From Bacteroidia bacterium (lineage in GTDB: Bacteria; Bacteroidota; Bacteroidia; UBA8524): a DNA stretch of 64,000 nucleotides. How positions within the stretch are numbered: the first letter of the stretch is position 1; each line of letters begins with the position of its first letter. The position numbers and the translations under genes were made by a program. The stretch spans positions 3,362,490 through 3,426,489 of the forward strand of contig OZ252261.1 in assembly GCA_965249955.1 (NCBI GenBank), in the 5' to 3' direction. Below the pieces are notes generated by a model that saw nothing but the letters and a program-made list of their open reading frames with translations, ran no database searches and was not told where the DNA came from. Of this stretch, positions 1-9,801 are shown one piece after another.

Positions 1-364
1 GTTTTTAAAGGTGGTGGAGCAAATGCTTACGCATCAATTGATTGTATTTGCAACCCCTGTGTATTGGTATGCTATGAGCGGGTATATGAAAGTGTTTTTT
101 GATAGGCTTACTGATATAGTAAGCTCACAAAAACATTTGGGAAGAAAATTAAAAGGCAAACGTGCAGCTTTAATTGCTGTTAGCACCGATGAAGAATTGC
201 CCGAAGGGTTTGAAATCCCCTTTAAACGTACCAGTGATTATTTTGATATGGAATATAGCGGTTGCTTTTTTAGCCCAGCAAAAGCCATAAACAACCCTAC
301 CCAAATGCTAGTACAACAAGCAGGGGAGTGGAGAAGGAAAATAAATTATATTGTGAATACATAG
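1..364 (+). CDS. Flavodoxin-like NAD(P)H-dependent oxidoreductase, C-terminal part; the gene starts upstream of the window
   Basis: Frame is open to position 1. The motif ATPVYWYAMSG is typical of FMN-dependent NAD(P)H quinone reductase and flavodoxin-like proteins. Confidence 0.55.
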   Translation, partial: FLKVVEQMLTHQLIVFATPVYWYAMSGYMKVFFDRLTDIVSSQKHLGRKLKGKRAALIAVSTDEELPEGFEIPFKRTSDYFDMEYSGCFFSPAKAINNPTQMLVQQAGEWRRKINYIVNT

Positions 365-450
365 AGAATTGAGTTAGTATATAATAGTGCGCTACTAAAT
401 AAAAAAGCGGCTTAGAGGCCGCTTTTGTTTTAAATCAAAAAAAGAGATTA

Positions 451-846
451 TTAAGCAGGTTGTTTTCGTAGTTTAATAAATAAGAAAAGGGCAATGACAA
501 GGCTTATAGTCTCCGTTATTAACCATTGGCTTACAAAAGCATTAGGCACACCATCAACTATAACACCCGATAAGCGACCTAATACAAAACCCAAAGTATA
601 CAACACCAACAAGCCCAAACCCTCTTTTTGCATTTTAAAAGCAGCCCAAAAGCAGAATAGTCCAAAAACCAAATGCATACCACCATACACAGCTCGCATA
701 GAGCTGTGAGCACTACTGTTATTTAAGTCGATACCCACGTTAGCCAAAACTGCCTGTGGATCTATTAATGCCTCAAAACCAACCTTAGCAAATGCTAAGC
801 CCATAAGAAGCAAAAAGCCTAAAGAAACTTTGTTTATTACTTTCAT
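451..846 (-). CDS. DUF4345-like small membrane protein
   Basis: 131 aa with 4 predicted TM helices and an ATG start; by-eye resemblance to the DUF4345 family. Confidence 0.45.
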   Translation of the reverse strand: MKVINKVSLGFLLLMGLAFAKVGFEALIDPQAVLANVGIDLNNSSAHSSMRAVYGGMHLVFGLFCFWAAFKMQKEGLGLLVLYTLGFVLGRLSGVIVDGVPNAFVSQWLITETISLVIALFLFIKLRKQPA

Positions 847-938
847 AACTATTTAAAATTTTATGCAAAACTACGGGTGCATAGTAGCCGCATTTATAGT
901 AATTTGCGTCAAAAGCAGGTACTATTTACGTCAATAAT

Positions 939-1938
939 TATGTGGGTTAGCATGTCGGTAATACGTGATATTATTTACGGTGCAGTACAATATGGTGCTG
1001 TGGCTAATAATATATGTACAGCTACAGGTATACCCTTTGACGATTTAAATAAGCAAGAGTTAAAAGCCACTTTTACCCAAGGTCATTTGGTGTGGCAAGA
1101 AGCAGTGAAACAAACGGGTGATGAACTGCTGGGACTACATATTGGATCAAATACTACAACCTCTATTGTTGGGCTTGTAGGGCATTTAATGCAAAGCAGT
1201 GGCACACTAGCCCAAGCATTTGAAAACCTTAGCCAATACACGGTCATAATTACTGATATGTTTAGCTACAAAACGGTTATAGATAGCAATACTTTTTGCT
1301 TGTATCTTGAACCTAGTGCATACTGGCAAGAGCATTTCCCACAAACAGCAAGGCAAGCCACTGACCAAGCAGTTGCGGGTGCAATAAATGTATGCAAGTT
1401 GTTAACCGGTAGAAACCTTGTTGCTAACAGGGTGGAGATGACTATATCAGAACCGAGTAATAGCGGTGAGTATAAAAGAGTGCTTAACACTGATATACTA
1501 TTTAATCAAAGCCATAACAGGGTTGTGTTTGATTCCTCTGTAGCCAATTTACCCATATTGGGGTATAACGAGGATTTGTTAACCTTATTTAAAAAGCTAT
1601 CTGAAGAGGCTTTGCTAAATGCAGATAACCAGCCTACGTTTACCAATAGTTTGAAAAAAACCATAACAGGTCAGTTTTATAATCGTATACCACAACTTGA
1701 AGAGGTTGCTGCATATATGAATATTACTGCCCGTACACTGCAACGCAGGCTACAACAAGAAGGCACCAGCTTTCAAAAAATATCCGACGAGTTTAAACAA
1801 GAGCTTGCCATTAGACTATTATCGCTAAATAAATATACTGTGAACGAAACAGCCTATATGCTGGGTTATACAGAGCCTGCCGTGTTTAGGCGCGCCTTTA
1901 AGCGCTGGACGGGGAAAACACCCAAAACAGTTAAATAA
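939..1938 (+). CDS. AraC family transcriptional regulator
   Basis: C-terminal HTH motif YMLGYTEPAVFRRAFKRWTGKTP after a sensor-like N-domain. The ORF track starts at a GTG at 877; the first ATG is at 939. Confidence 0.85.
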
Positions 1939-2296
1939 ATTATAACGTCAGAAGGGTGAAAACGGCAAAGCCATGTCATAAAAGGCTAAAAAAGTGCCGA
2001 GTAGTGGAAATCAACTACGATTACGCGATGGACGTCTTATTGTATTAATAATGAGGTGATTATTGCAGTAAGCTAAGTGAAAGGTACCCTAAAGTTATAC
2101 TAAAGTGTATATTTTAGTATCCAGTTATTTGTGTTAAATACCGTTTTACAACGGTAGCTAAAAGGTGTTTACGCCCTTTTTTAGGTTGTGCAATCCCCCT
2201 TAATTGCAGGTGTATTCAATAATTAAGATGTGCTTACAGCTTTAAGCACTCTGATGGTAAAGTGCTAGCCCTAGTCAATTGCACTTTAAAATAACA

Positions 2297-2788
2297 TCAA
2301 GTAAGTAATTTCTTTTTAATGAAAGTAATTTCTTTCTCATCATAGCTATACACGGGATCATCGCCCAACTTTTGCACTGCTTCTTTTTGAATAAAATAGT
2401 TTCGCCTTATATCTGTAAGGGTTTTTTTGCTATGCTTTATGCCTACAAGCTGTTGCATATCAACATCGGTATATATAGTATAGTTACCGTTTTCGGTATC
2501 AATATGCCAAATTAAAATACTATCAACAGCACTGCCTATAAACATAGGAAGCAACTGTGCATAAGCTTCTTCATCACTATGTTTTAGGATTTCTAAAACC
2601 ATTTGTTTTGATGCAGCCGATTTTGGATTGGGAGGAGTAAAAGCCAATTCATTCTCACAATCTTTAAAACACTTTTGGGCAAGCGGGTGGGTGGCTTCAT
2701 TTTTTTTCAAAATAGCCATAAGCCCATTAAATAATTTCTGGTAATTACTCATGGAATCTTTTCGGGTAGTACGAAACAAATATACCAT
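2297..2788 (-). CDS. Hypothetical protein
   Basis: 163-aa ORF in an AT-rich region with no recognisable motif. Confidence 0.4.
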   Translation of the reverse strand: MVYLFRTTRKDSMSNYQKLFNGLMAILKKNEATHPLAQKCFKDCENELAFTPPNPKSAASKQMVLEILKHSDEEAYAQLLPMFIGSAVDSILIWHIDTENGNYTIYTDVDMQQLVGIKHSKKTLTDIRRNYFIQKEAVQKLGDDPVYSYDEKEITFIKKKLLT

Positions 2789-2861
2789 TAATAAGCTTAC
2801 ATGTTAATTTTTAGCTCATAGGTTTGGGTATATGTATACATTTTTTTAAATTCGATATATA

Positions 2862-3290
2862 ATGTTTAAGATAGAAATGAAAAAGAAGGCATTACTTTTT
2901 TCTTGTTTGGTAATGATGGTGTTGCCTTCAGTGCTTTTTGGTCAACGTTCAAACTACAACGAAGATGATGTGGTGATGATGCGAACACAGCAAACTGTGA
3001 GCGAGAACATTATGAAATTACTGGAAGAAAAGAATGTAGATAGTGCATTGACTTTTTTTAAAAAGAATGACGCGGCTACAAAAAAGAGTTTACAAACAAT
3101 AGCCAATGCTATACAAAAATTTAAAAGCACATATACTTTAGAGGTTTCGCCTGATGCGCCCGATGATGTAGTTAATTTGTGCTATTGCAAGTACTCAGCA
3201 AACGAAGGTGAAGATGTGGTATACAAAATAGTGTTTCAGTTTGGACGGTTTGATAAATCGTATAAAGCTGAAAAAATAATTTTTAAATAA
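2862..3290 (+). CDS. Hypothetical secreted protein
   Basis: 142 aa with an N-terminal hydrophobic signal-like segment (ALLFSCLVMMVLPSVLFGQ); AT-rich. Confidence 0.4.
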   Translation: MFKIEMKKKALLFSCLVMMVLPSVLFGQRSNYNEDDVVMMRTQQTVSENIMKLLEEKNVDSALTFFKKNDAATKKSLQTIANAIQKFKSTYTLEVSPDAPDDVVNLCYCKYSANEGEDVVYKIVFQFGRFDKSYKAEKIIFK

Positions 3291-3364
3291 CTACCTTGTA
3301 CTTACAAAAAAGATAAATATCAATGCATTAATAAGAAAATACTATCAAAAATTGCACTATTACT

Positions 3365-3631
3365 ATGGAAAAGAACACTTACATAACCGATGCTGAGTTT
3401 AAAAAATTAAGCCTTATTGAGCGGTACGCCACAGTGAGCGAGAAAGGCTATTATATAGCCAAACGTTTGTATAGAGGTATGGAAGCCTACCTATACAAAG
3501 TAGATGATTTTTATGTTGAGGTTTGGAAACGCTTTAAACTAGGCGAGGTATGCTGGATAGAAGTTGCCCCCGATGACGCTATTAGTAAATACGCAGACTA
3601 TGTAGATTTGAAAAAACTTATGGGCAGTTAG
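3365..3631 (+). CDS. Hypothetical protein
   Basis: 88-aa ORF with an ATG start and no motif. Confidence 0.3.
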   Translation: MEKNTYITDAEFKKLSLIERYATVSEKGYYIAKRLYRGMEAYLYKVDDFYVEVWKRFKLGEVCWIEVAPDDAISKYADYVDLKKLMGS

Positions 3632-3632
3632 C

Positions 3633-4829
3633 CTATTTTTTTAATTCAATATCAATAGCATTTAGTATCACTTGGCAAGCAAGTTTTATCTCGTTAGTAG
3701 TAATGCTTAGGGGAGGAGCTATGCGCATTTTGTGGCCGCAATGCAAAAACCAATCGGTAATAACACCGTTTTCAATACAGGTTTTTATCACCTGCTTGTT
3801 AAAATCTTCATCGCCCATATCAATAGCTAGCATAAGGCCTTTGCCGCTAATATCTTTTATAGCTGCGTGTTTTAGCTCATCTCTAAAAATGGCTTCTTTT
3901 TCTTTGGCTGCTTTGTAGCTGTTAGTTTCAAGCAACCACTCAAAGCCAGCCAATGCAGCAGCACAGCTAACAGGGTGCCCGCCAAATGTGGTAATGTGCC
4001 CTAAAACAGGGTTGTGAGTGAAGTTTTGCATAAGCGTTGCATCGGCTATAAAGGCACCTAAGGGCATACCTGCACCAAAGGCTTTTGCCAACACCAAAAT
4101 ATCGGGTACAATACCATATTGTTCAAAAGCAAACAAACTACCTGTGCGTCCCATGCCACACTGTATTTCATCAAGTATTAGCAATGTGCCTGTTTCATCA
4201 CATTTTTGGCGTAGTTGCAAAAGATAATCTGGCTGTGGGGTAATATAGCCGGCCTCGCCTTGCACCGTTTCTATTACCACAGCAGTAACCTGTGTAGTTA
4301 TTTTGTCTAAATCGTTAGTGTTGTTGTATTCAATAAAATTAACGTTGGGTAGCAGCGGGCGGTAGGCTTGGGTAAAATACTCATTATCCATAAGGCTAAG
4401 AGCACCGTGTGTAGAGCCGTGATACGCATTTTTTGCAGCAATTAGTTGTGTACGACCTGTAACTCGTTTAGCCAACTTTATTGCTCCCTCAATAGCTTCA
4501 GAGCCTGAGTTTACGTAGTAAACGCTATTTAGTGTTTTGGGTAAATGGTTGCAAAGTGTTTTTGCCAGTGCAACCTGTGGTTGCTGCACATATTCGCCAT
4601 ATACCATTAAGTGCAGGTATTGTGCAGCTTGGTGTTGTATAGCGGTAATAATTTTTTGGTTGCCGTGCCCATAGCTGCTTACACCAATGCCCGATATTAA
4701 ATCGGTATATCTTTTCCCTTCGTTGTCATACAAATACACCCCCTCAGCTTTTTGTATGGTAAGCAACATGGGGCTATCTGATGTTTGGGCAATGTGTTGT
4801 AAAAAAAGTTGTCGAAGGGTGGTATCCAT
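3633..4829 (-). CDS. Class III (aspartate aminotransferase family) PLP-dependent aminotransferase
   Basis: Motifs LILDEIQCGMGRTG and VPDILVLAKAFGAGMPLGA (the lysine binds PLP). The ATG at 4829 (MDTT) is preferred over the GTG at 4853. Confidence 0.85.
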   Translation of the reverse strand: MDTTLRQLFLQHIAQTSDSPMLLTIQKAEGVYLYDNEGKRYTDLISGIGVSSYGHGNQKIITAIQHQAAQYLHLMVYGEYVQQPQVALAKTLCNHLPKTLNSVYYVNSGSEAIEGAIKLAKRVTGRTQLIAAKNAYHGSTHGALSLMDNEYFTQAYRPLLPNVNFIEYNNTNDLDKITTQVTAVVIETVQGEAGYITPQPDYLLQLRQKCDETGTLLILDEIQCGMGRTGSLFAFEQYGIVPDILVLAKAFGAGMPLGAFIADATLMQNFTHNPVLGHITTFGGHPVSCAAALAGFEWLLETNSYKAAKEKEAIFRDELKHAAIKDISGKGLMLAIDMGDEDFNKQVIKTCIENGVITDWFLHCGHKMRIAPPLSITTNEIKLACQVILNAIDIELKK

Positions 4830-4834
4830 AGCGC

Positions 4835-4877
4835 AAAAATAAAAAAGTCCCACTTACCATGTAAGCAGGACTTTTAT
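4835..4877 (-). terminator. Candidate intrinsic terminator of the HU gene
   Basis: Stem AAAAGTCC...GGACTTTT with an inner CTTAC/GTAAG stem, followed on the minus strand by a run of U. Confidence 0.45.
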
Positions 4878-4894
4878 TAATTTAAAAAGTCAGA

Positions 4895-5167
4895 TTACTT
4901 CACTTTTGTAGAAAGCTCAGAACCTGGTTTAAATTTAACCACTTTTTTAGCTGCGATTTTAATTTCTTTACCAGTTTGTGGGTTACGACCGGTACGAGCA
5001 GCGCGTTTAGCTACTGAAAATGTTCCGAATCCAACCAATATCACTTTGTCACCTTTTTTCAAAGCTGATGAAGTGCTTTCCAAAAATGAGTTCAAAGCTG
5101 CTTGCGCTTGAACTTTAGTAATGCTCGCTTCTGAAGCGATTGAGTTAATCAAGTCTGATTTGTTCAT
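4895..5167 (-). CDS. hup: HU family DNA-binding protein
   Basis: 90 aa with the HU signature GFGTFSVAKRAARTGRNPQTGKEIKI. Confidence 0.9.
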   Translation of the reverse strand: MNKSDLINSIASEASITKVQAQAALNSFLESTSSALKKGDKVILVGFGTFSVAKRAARTGRNPQTGKEIKIAAKKVVKFKPGSELSTKVK

Positions 5168-5343
5168 AGGTTAAACGATTAAATTTATATTATTTTCAAA
5201 TGGTTAATCAAACTTACTATAAAATTTGATACTTGCAATAGTAAGTTGTAAAAAAATTCGTCGCAAACGCTTGTTAGCACTGTGTTTGTGTCGTAAATCC
5301 ACTAAAATATACAGGTTTGGCGCGTGTTTGCTACTTATTCACA

Positions 5344-5844
5344 TTATAAGATTGCAGTGTTAATAACGGTTTGCGCCGATACAAGAGTACTCAATATTTC
5401 AAATTTTGCCTGTTTATAATAGGGTTCTCTAACCTTTAATAAACCATTTATATAGCCAAAAAGGTCATTTTTTTCAATTTCTCTTAATAAAGGACGTTTT
5501 TGTATAGCTGATGAAAGTCTTTTTTCAAGCTCCTTAACTTCTTGGTTTATGTATATAGTTATACCGTTTTGGTTCATCCATTGCATATTATTGTGGTAGC
5601 AGGGCATACCCCCGCCTGTGGCTACTATGGTATTAGTTGTAAATGTAAGCCCTCGCAAGGTATCGGCTTCTAATATCCTAAAGGCTTCTTCGCCTTTTGA
5701 AGCAAAAAGTTGATTAATGGTTTGCCCACAGTTTTTTTCAATCTCCTTGTCAGTATCTATAAAGTGATACCCGTATTCGCTGGCTACCAGTTGGGCTATG
5801 CTGGTTTTGCCTGCACCCATAAATCCAACTAAAAAAATCACCAT
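5344..5844 (-). CDS. aroK: Shikimate kinase
   Basis: 166 aa with a P-loop (GFMGAGKTS) and shikimate kinase layout. Confidence 0.85.
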   Translation of the reverse strand: MVIFLVGFMGAGKTSIAQLVASEYGYHFIDTDKEIEKNCGQTINQLFASKGEEAFRILEADTLRGLTFTTNTIVATGGGMPCYHNNMQWMNQNGITIYINQEVKELEKRLSSAIQKRPLLREIEKNDLFGYINGLLKVREPYYKQAKFEILSTLVSAQTVINTAIL

Positions 5845-5848
5845 GTGT

Positions 5849-6901
5849 TTAGTTTATGCTAACTCGTGGGTCTAATACTTTGTATAGTATATCTACCACT
5901 ATGTTTATTACAATAAAAATAACAGCTATTAGCAATATTGCACCCATTACTACGGGGTAGTCTGATTTTTCGAGTGCATCAACCGTTACTTTGCCTACGC
6001 CACGCCAGTTAAAAATATATTCAACAAAAAACGAGCCTGCCAACAGTGAGGCAAACCACCCCGAAATTGATGTTATAACAGGATTTAAGGCATTCTTTAG
6101 CGCGTGCCCCCATACTACCCTAAAGTGGTTTAATCCTTTCGCGTATGCCGTGCGTATGTAGTCTTGTCCCATTACATCAATAGTACTACTTCGGGTAAGC
6201 TGTATAATAATTGCCAGTGGGCGTATGCCTAAAGCAAAAGCAGGTAGTATAAGATTTTTTAGATTGAAAAACCGATTGTAGTTACCATCGTAATCTACAA
6301 GGCTCCCTGTCATATTAAGCCCTGTGTACTCGGTTAGCACATAACCAAATAACCACGCAATAATTATAGCTGCAAAAAATGAGGGCATTGATATGCCTAT
6401 AGTGCTAATAAATAGTATACTTCTATCTGTAAAAGTATCTTGTTTTAAAGCAGCAAATACACCCATGCCAATACCTAGTATTGATGCTATTAGTATTGAT
6501 GCTAGGGCAAGCACGGCTGTGCCTAAAAATGATTCTGATAAAATTTCGGATACCTTTTTTTTGCTTTGATACGAGCGGCGCAGATAAGGGTATTTTAGTA
6601 CTGTAGCTGTTTGGCCTATGGTGAATAGAGTGGCAAAATTATACTTTTCTTTATTTTCTTGTGTGGGTTGATGGAAGGATAGAGGGGAGAGATCGTTAAT
6701 ATAAAACAGTAATTGTTGCCCTTTGCTTTTATCAAGACCGAACTCTTTTTTTATAGCATCTTTGGTAAGAATATCATCGCGTTGACCAGCCATTATCTCA
6801 GCAGGGTCGGGAAACCAAGCAAACAGCATAAACACCAGCAGTACTATTCCTAATAATACCAACAGGCCGTAAAGAAGTTTTTTGATAATGAAGGATAGCA
6901 T
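5849..6901 (-). CDS. ABC transporter permease (Dpp/Opp-type inner membrane component)
   Basis: 350 aa, multi-TM, with an EAA-like loop typical of binding-protein-dependent permeases. Confidence 0.75.
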   Translation of the reverse strand: MLSFIIKKLLYGLLVLLGIVLLVFMLFAWFPDPAEIMAGQRDDILTKDAIKKEFGLDKSKGQQLLFYINDLSPLSFHQPTQENKEKYNFATLFTIGQTATVLKYPYLRRSYQSKKKVSEILSESFLGTAVLALASILIASILGIGMGVFAALKQDTFTDRSILFISTIGISMPSFFAAIIIAWLFGYVLTEYTGLNMTGSLVDYDGNYNRFFNLKNLILPAFALGIRPLAIIIQLTRSSTIDVMGQDYIRTAYAKGLNHFRVVWGHALKNALNPVITSISGWFASLLAGSFFVEYIFNWRGVGKVTVDALEKSDYPVVMGAILLIAVIFIVINIVVDILYKVLDPRVSIN

Positions 6902-6910
6902 GGCTATTTA

Positions 6911-6959
6911 TCATTGAGCATTTATCATTTAATATTTTCAAATGATAAATGCTCAATGA
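6911..6959. repeat. Perfect 20-bp inverted repeat (TCATTGAGCATTTATCATTT, 9-nt spacer, AAATGATAAATGCTCAATGA)
   Basis: Read directly from the sequence, between the DoxX-fusion gene stop and the permease start. Confidence 0.8.
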
Positions 6960-6969
6960 ACAATGTTTA

Positions 6970-8178
6970 CTAGTTCTTGGCCATTATTTTCCTCACCTTT
7001 TCAGCTGAGGGAATGCTACGGGCAGGCCATGTTTTTATTACAACAGGCCCTTTCATTAATATTAGCCCCGCATTGCTGCGTATCATCGATTTGCCCATTT
7101 TAGGGTCAACACTATAAAAGTCAAAAATCAACCCATACTCATGGCGGTATTTTTCAGCATCTTCTAATGTAGTGCCTGTTAAGCCCCATACTTTTTTGCC
7201 GTCTTTTTCTATAAACTCTTTGGCCAATTCTGATACGGCTTTCATACCTCGTTTTCTAGAGTGCTCTAAATCGTAGGCTACAACCAATAGCTGAAAATCG
7301 TTGTTTTGCAGCATACTGTCTTTATAGTCTACATTATCGGGGTTGTACATAGTAAAACCCATAATTTTTGGTTTGCACCCTTCGCGAATTATCTTTCTGT
7401 CTTGTTTCACAAATTCAGCACCTTCAGGCACTTTCATTGCCATAACATCATCATAAGAAAAGGTAGTTTCTTGCTCACCCACCTTATACACAAAAGTCAT
7501 TACAACACTATCTTTAGGTGCATCGGGTGGGCACACCATCAGTTCGGCTACGTTGTTGCCGTCATCCCAATACAAAAAGTTTATCATGGGCAGGTACATA
7601 TAGCAATACACCGTAAACATGGTAAACAATACCGATAGCGATACTATAATATTGGTTTGCATATTGCGCGAAAACAATGAACGCGTATGCGAACGGCGTA
7701 TAAATATGATAATGATAAACACCAGCAATATCAAATCTTTGGTGAACGATTGCCAAGGGGTAAGTTTTATAAACTCGCCAAAGCAACCGCAATCGGTCAT
7801 ATAGTATATATTTTTAGGGTTAAAGCTAAAAAGGTTTGCAAACCATTGGGTAGTTCCGGCCTCAGGGTTTTCAAAAAACCAATTGCTTATAGCGGTGTAA
7901 CCTGTAAGCAATGAGAAGAATATTATCATTGCCATGATAAGGCTTGATGTAACTTTCATCCGCGTGCCTATTAGTACCGCAAAGCCCAATATTATTTCAA
8001 GCACACAAATAAACATGGCTTGAAATAAAGCGCTGCTAACTAAAAAATCGAGACCAAAAACATGGTAGTATTCCTCTAGCTTATATGAGAAACCAAGCGG
8101 ATCGTTTGCTTTTACAAAGCCCGAAAAAATAAACAGTAAGCCCACCAATATGCGGCTTATAGTAGCTATTACTCTCAT
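6970..8178 (-). CDS. DoxX-family membrane protein fused to a C-terminal soluble domain (BT_3928-like)
   Basis: N-terminal DoxX-like TM region (RILVGLLFIFSGFVKANDP) plus a roughly 200-aa C-terminal domain. It overlaps the upstream DUF1599 gene by 4 bp, so the two form an operon. Confidence 0.65.
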   Translation of the reverse strand: MRVIATISRILVGLLFIFSGFVKANDPLGFSYKLEEYYHVFGLDFLVSSALFQAMFICVLEIILGFAVLIGTRMKVTSSLIMAMIIFFSLLTGYTAISNWFFENPEAGTTQWFANLFSFNPKNIYYMTDCGCFGEFIKLTPWQSFTKDLILLVFIIIIFIRRSHTRSLFSRNMQTNIIVSLSVLFTMFTVYCYMYLPMINFLYWDDGNNVAELMVCPPDAPKDSVVMTFVYKVGEQETTFSYDDVMAMKVPEGAEFVKQDRKIIREGCKPKIMGFTMYNPDNVDYKDSMLQNNDFQLLVVAYDLEHSRKRGMKAVSELAKEFIEKDGKKVWGLTGTTLEDAEKYRHEYGLIFDFYSVDPKMGKSMIRSNAGLILMKGPVVIKTWPARSIPSAEKVRKIMAKN

Positions 8179-8759
8179 AAATTATTGTTTTCTTTCAGTC
8201 TTATTAAGGCGAAAATAGAATAGTTTATCATATCAAAGAAATTGGCATCAACCCCCTCACTAATAAGCGTTTTGCCCATATTATCTTCAATTTGTTTAGT
8301 TCTTAATAGCTTCATTAGTATCAAATCAGTATATGTGCTAATGCGCATATCACGCCACGCTTCGCCATAATCGTGATTCTTATCCTCCATCAAATTCTTT
8401 GCCTTTTTTGCAATATCGTCAAATAAATCGGTTAATTTTTTTTCAGGTATGTCTGTTTCCTCGTTGGTGGGCATACCTAATTGTATTAGGGCTATAATGC
8501 AATAGTTAATAATACCAACGTATTCACCCGCCACACCCTCGTCAATTTTTTGCGTACCTTTTTCTTCAATACTTTTTATGCGTTTGGCTTTTATAAATAT
8601 TTGGTCGGTTATAGATGTTTGCCTAAGTATACGCCATGCCGTGCCATAGTCTTTATTTTTCTTTAAGAAAATATCTTTGCACAGGCTTATTGCCTCATCG
8701 TATTGGCTGCTAGTAGTAGTCAAATTAGTAAAGTTTTGTACGTTGCTGTTACTTTGCAA
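8175..8759 (-). CDS. DUF1599 domain protein (internally duplicated)
   Basis: Two repeats of NKDYGTAWRILR / NHDYGEAWRDMR. The family is commonly found beside folP in Bacteroidota. The ORF-track start is a TTG. Confidence 0.65.
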   Translation of the reverse strand: MQSNSNVQNFTNLTTTSSQYDEAISLCKDIFLKKNKDYGTAWRILRQTSITDQIFIKAKRIKSIEEKGTQKIDEGVAGEYVGIINYCIIALIQLGMPTNEETDIPEKKLTDLFDDIAKKAKNLMEDKNHDYGEAWRDMRISTYTDLILMKLLRTKQIEDNMGKTLISEGVDANFFDMINYSIFALIRLKENNNL

Positions 8760-8803
8760 AATTGTATAAATATAGTTAGTACCCGTCGAAAATAAATAAA
8801 CAT

Positions 8804-9661
8804 TTGGATACCCTCAACAACATAAAGCCCACATATACCCTAAACTGCAAGGGTGAACTGTTAGTGCTAAACCGCCCTAAAATAATGGGAATACTGAATA
8901 CAACGCCCGATTCGTTTTTTGACGGAGGGCAATATAACCGTGTGGATAATGCGTTGGCAAGGGCTGAAAAAATGCTGAGTGAAGGGGCTAATATTTTAGA
9001 TATTGGAGGTTATTCCACCCGTCCCGGAGCAGTTGAAGTAACCGAAAGTGAAGAGATTGATCGTGCAGCAACTGTAATTGTGCATATTAAAAAGCATTTC
9101 CCAAAAGCTATACTATCTATTGATACCTTTAGGGCAAATGTGGCAAGGGCTTGTATAAAAGAAGGCGCAGCCATAGTAAATGATATTTCGGCAGGTGATG
9201 ATGATACCGAAATGATACCCTATGTAGCAAAAGCCAATATACCTTATATAATAATGCACAAGCAAGGCACTCCGCAAACCATGCAAAATAATCCTCAATA
9301 TAGTAATGTGGTGCAAGAGGTAGTAGCTTATTTAGCCCAAAAAGTAGCGCTTTTGCGCAGCATGGGTGTAAACGATATTGTTATTGACCCGGGTTTTGGT
9401 TTTGGCAAAACGGTACAGCACAACTATCAACTTTTAAAACATCTTAATGCTTTTAGTGCCTGCGGTGTGCCAATATTGGTTGGACTTTCGCGTAAAAGTT
9501 TAATCAATAAAGCATTGGGCATAAAAGCTGCCGAGGCTTTAAACGGTACTACCGTTGTAAACACCCTTGCACTACAAAATGGTGCAAACATACTGCGCGT
9601 GCACGATGTGAAGGAAGCTAAAGAAGCTATAGACCTTGTACAGATATATATGCTGCAGTAA
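8804..9661 (+). CDS. folP: Dihydropteroate synthase
   Basis: Motif IMGILNTTPDSFFDGG and the pterin-binding fold; TTG start. Confidence 0.9.
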   Translation: MDTLNNIKPTYTLNCKGELLVLNRPKIMGILNTTPDSFFDGGQYNRVDNALARAEKMLSEGANILDIGGYSTRPGAVEVTESEEIDRAATVIVHIKKHFPKAILSIDTFRANVARACIKEGAAIVNDISAGDDDTEMIPYVAKANIPYIIMHKQGTPQTMQNNPQYSNVVQEVVAYLAQKVALLRSMGVNDIVIDPGFGFGKTVQHNYQLLKHLNAFSACGVPILVGLSRKSLINKALGIKAAEALNGTTVVNTLALQNGANILRVHDVKEAKEAIDLVQIYMLQ

Positions 9662-9801
9662 ACCTAATCTAAGACTGTATTAAGGCAGTTTTTCTTGTTA
9701 AAACACAAAATACCGTTATTTCACGGTGTTAATTTGGTGTTTTCTACGTAGTAATGTACGTGGCGTAACGGTAAAATTGTATTCAACGCATTGCTTAGCT
9801 T

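Noticed and set aside
5168-5343. 10-bp inverted repeat AACTTACTAT...ATAGTAAGTT upstream of the HU gene
   Set aside because: The loop is long (17 nt), the stem is AT-rich and there is no adjacent U-run. It could be a weak operator, but the evidence is too thin to call.
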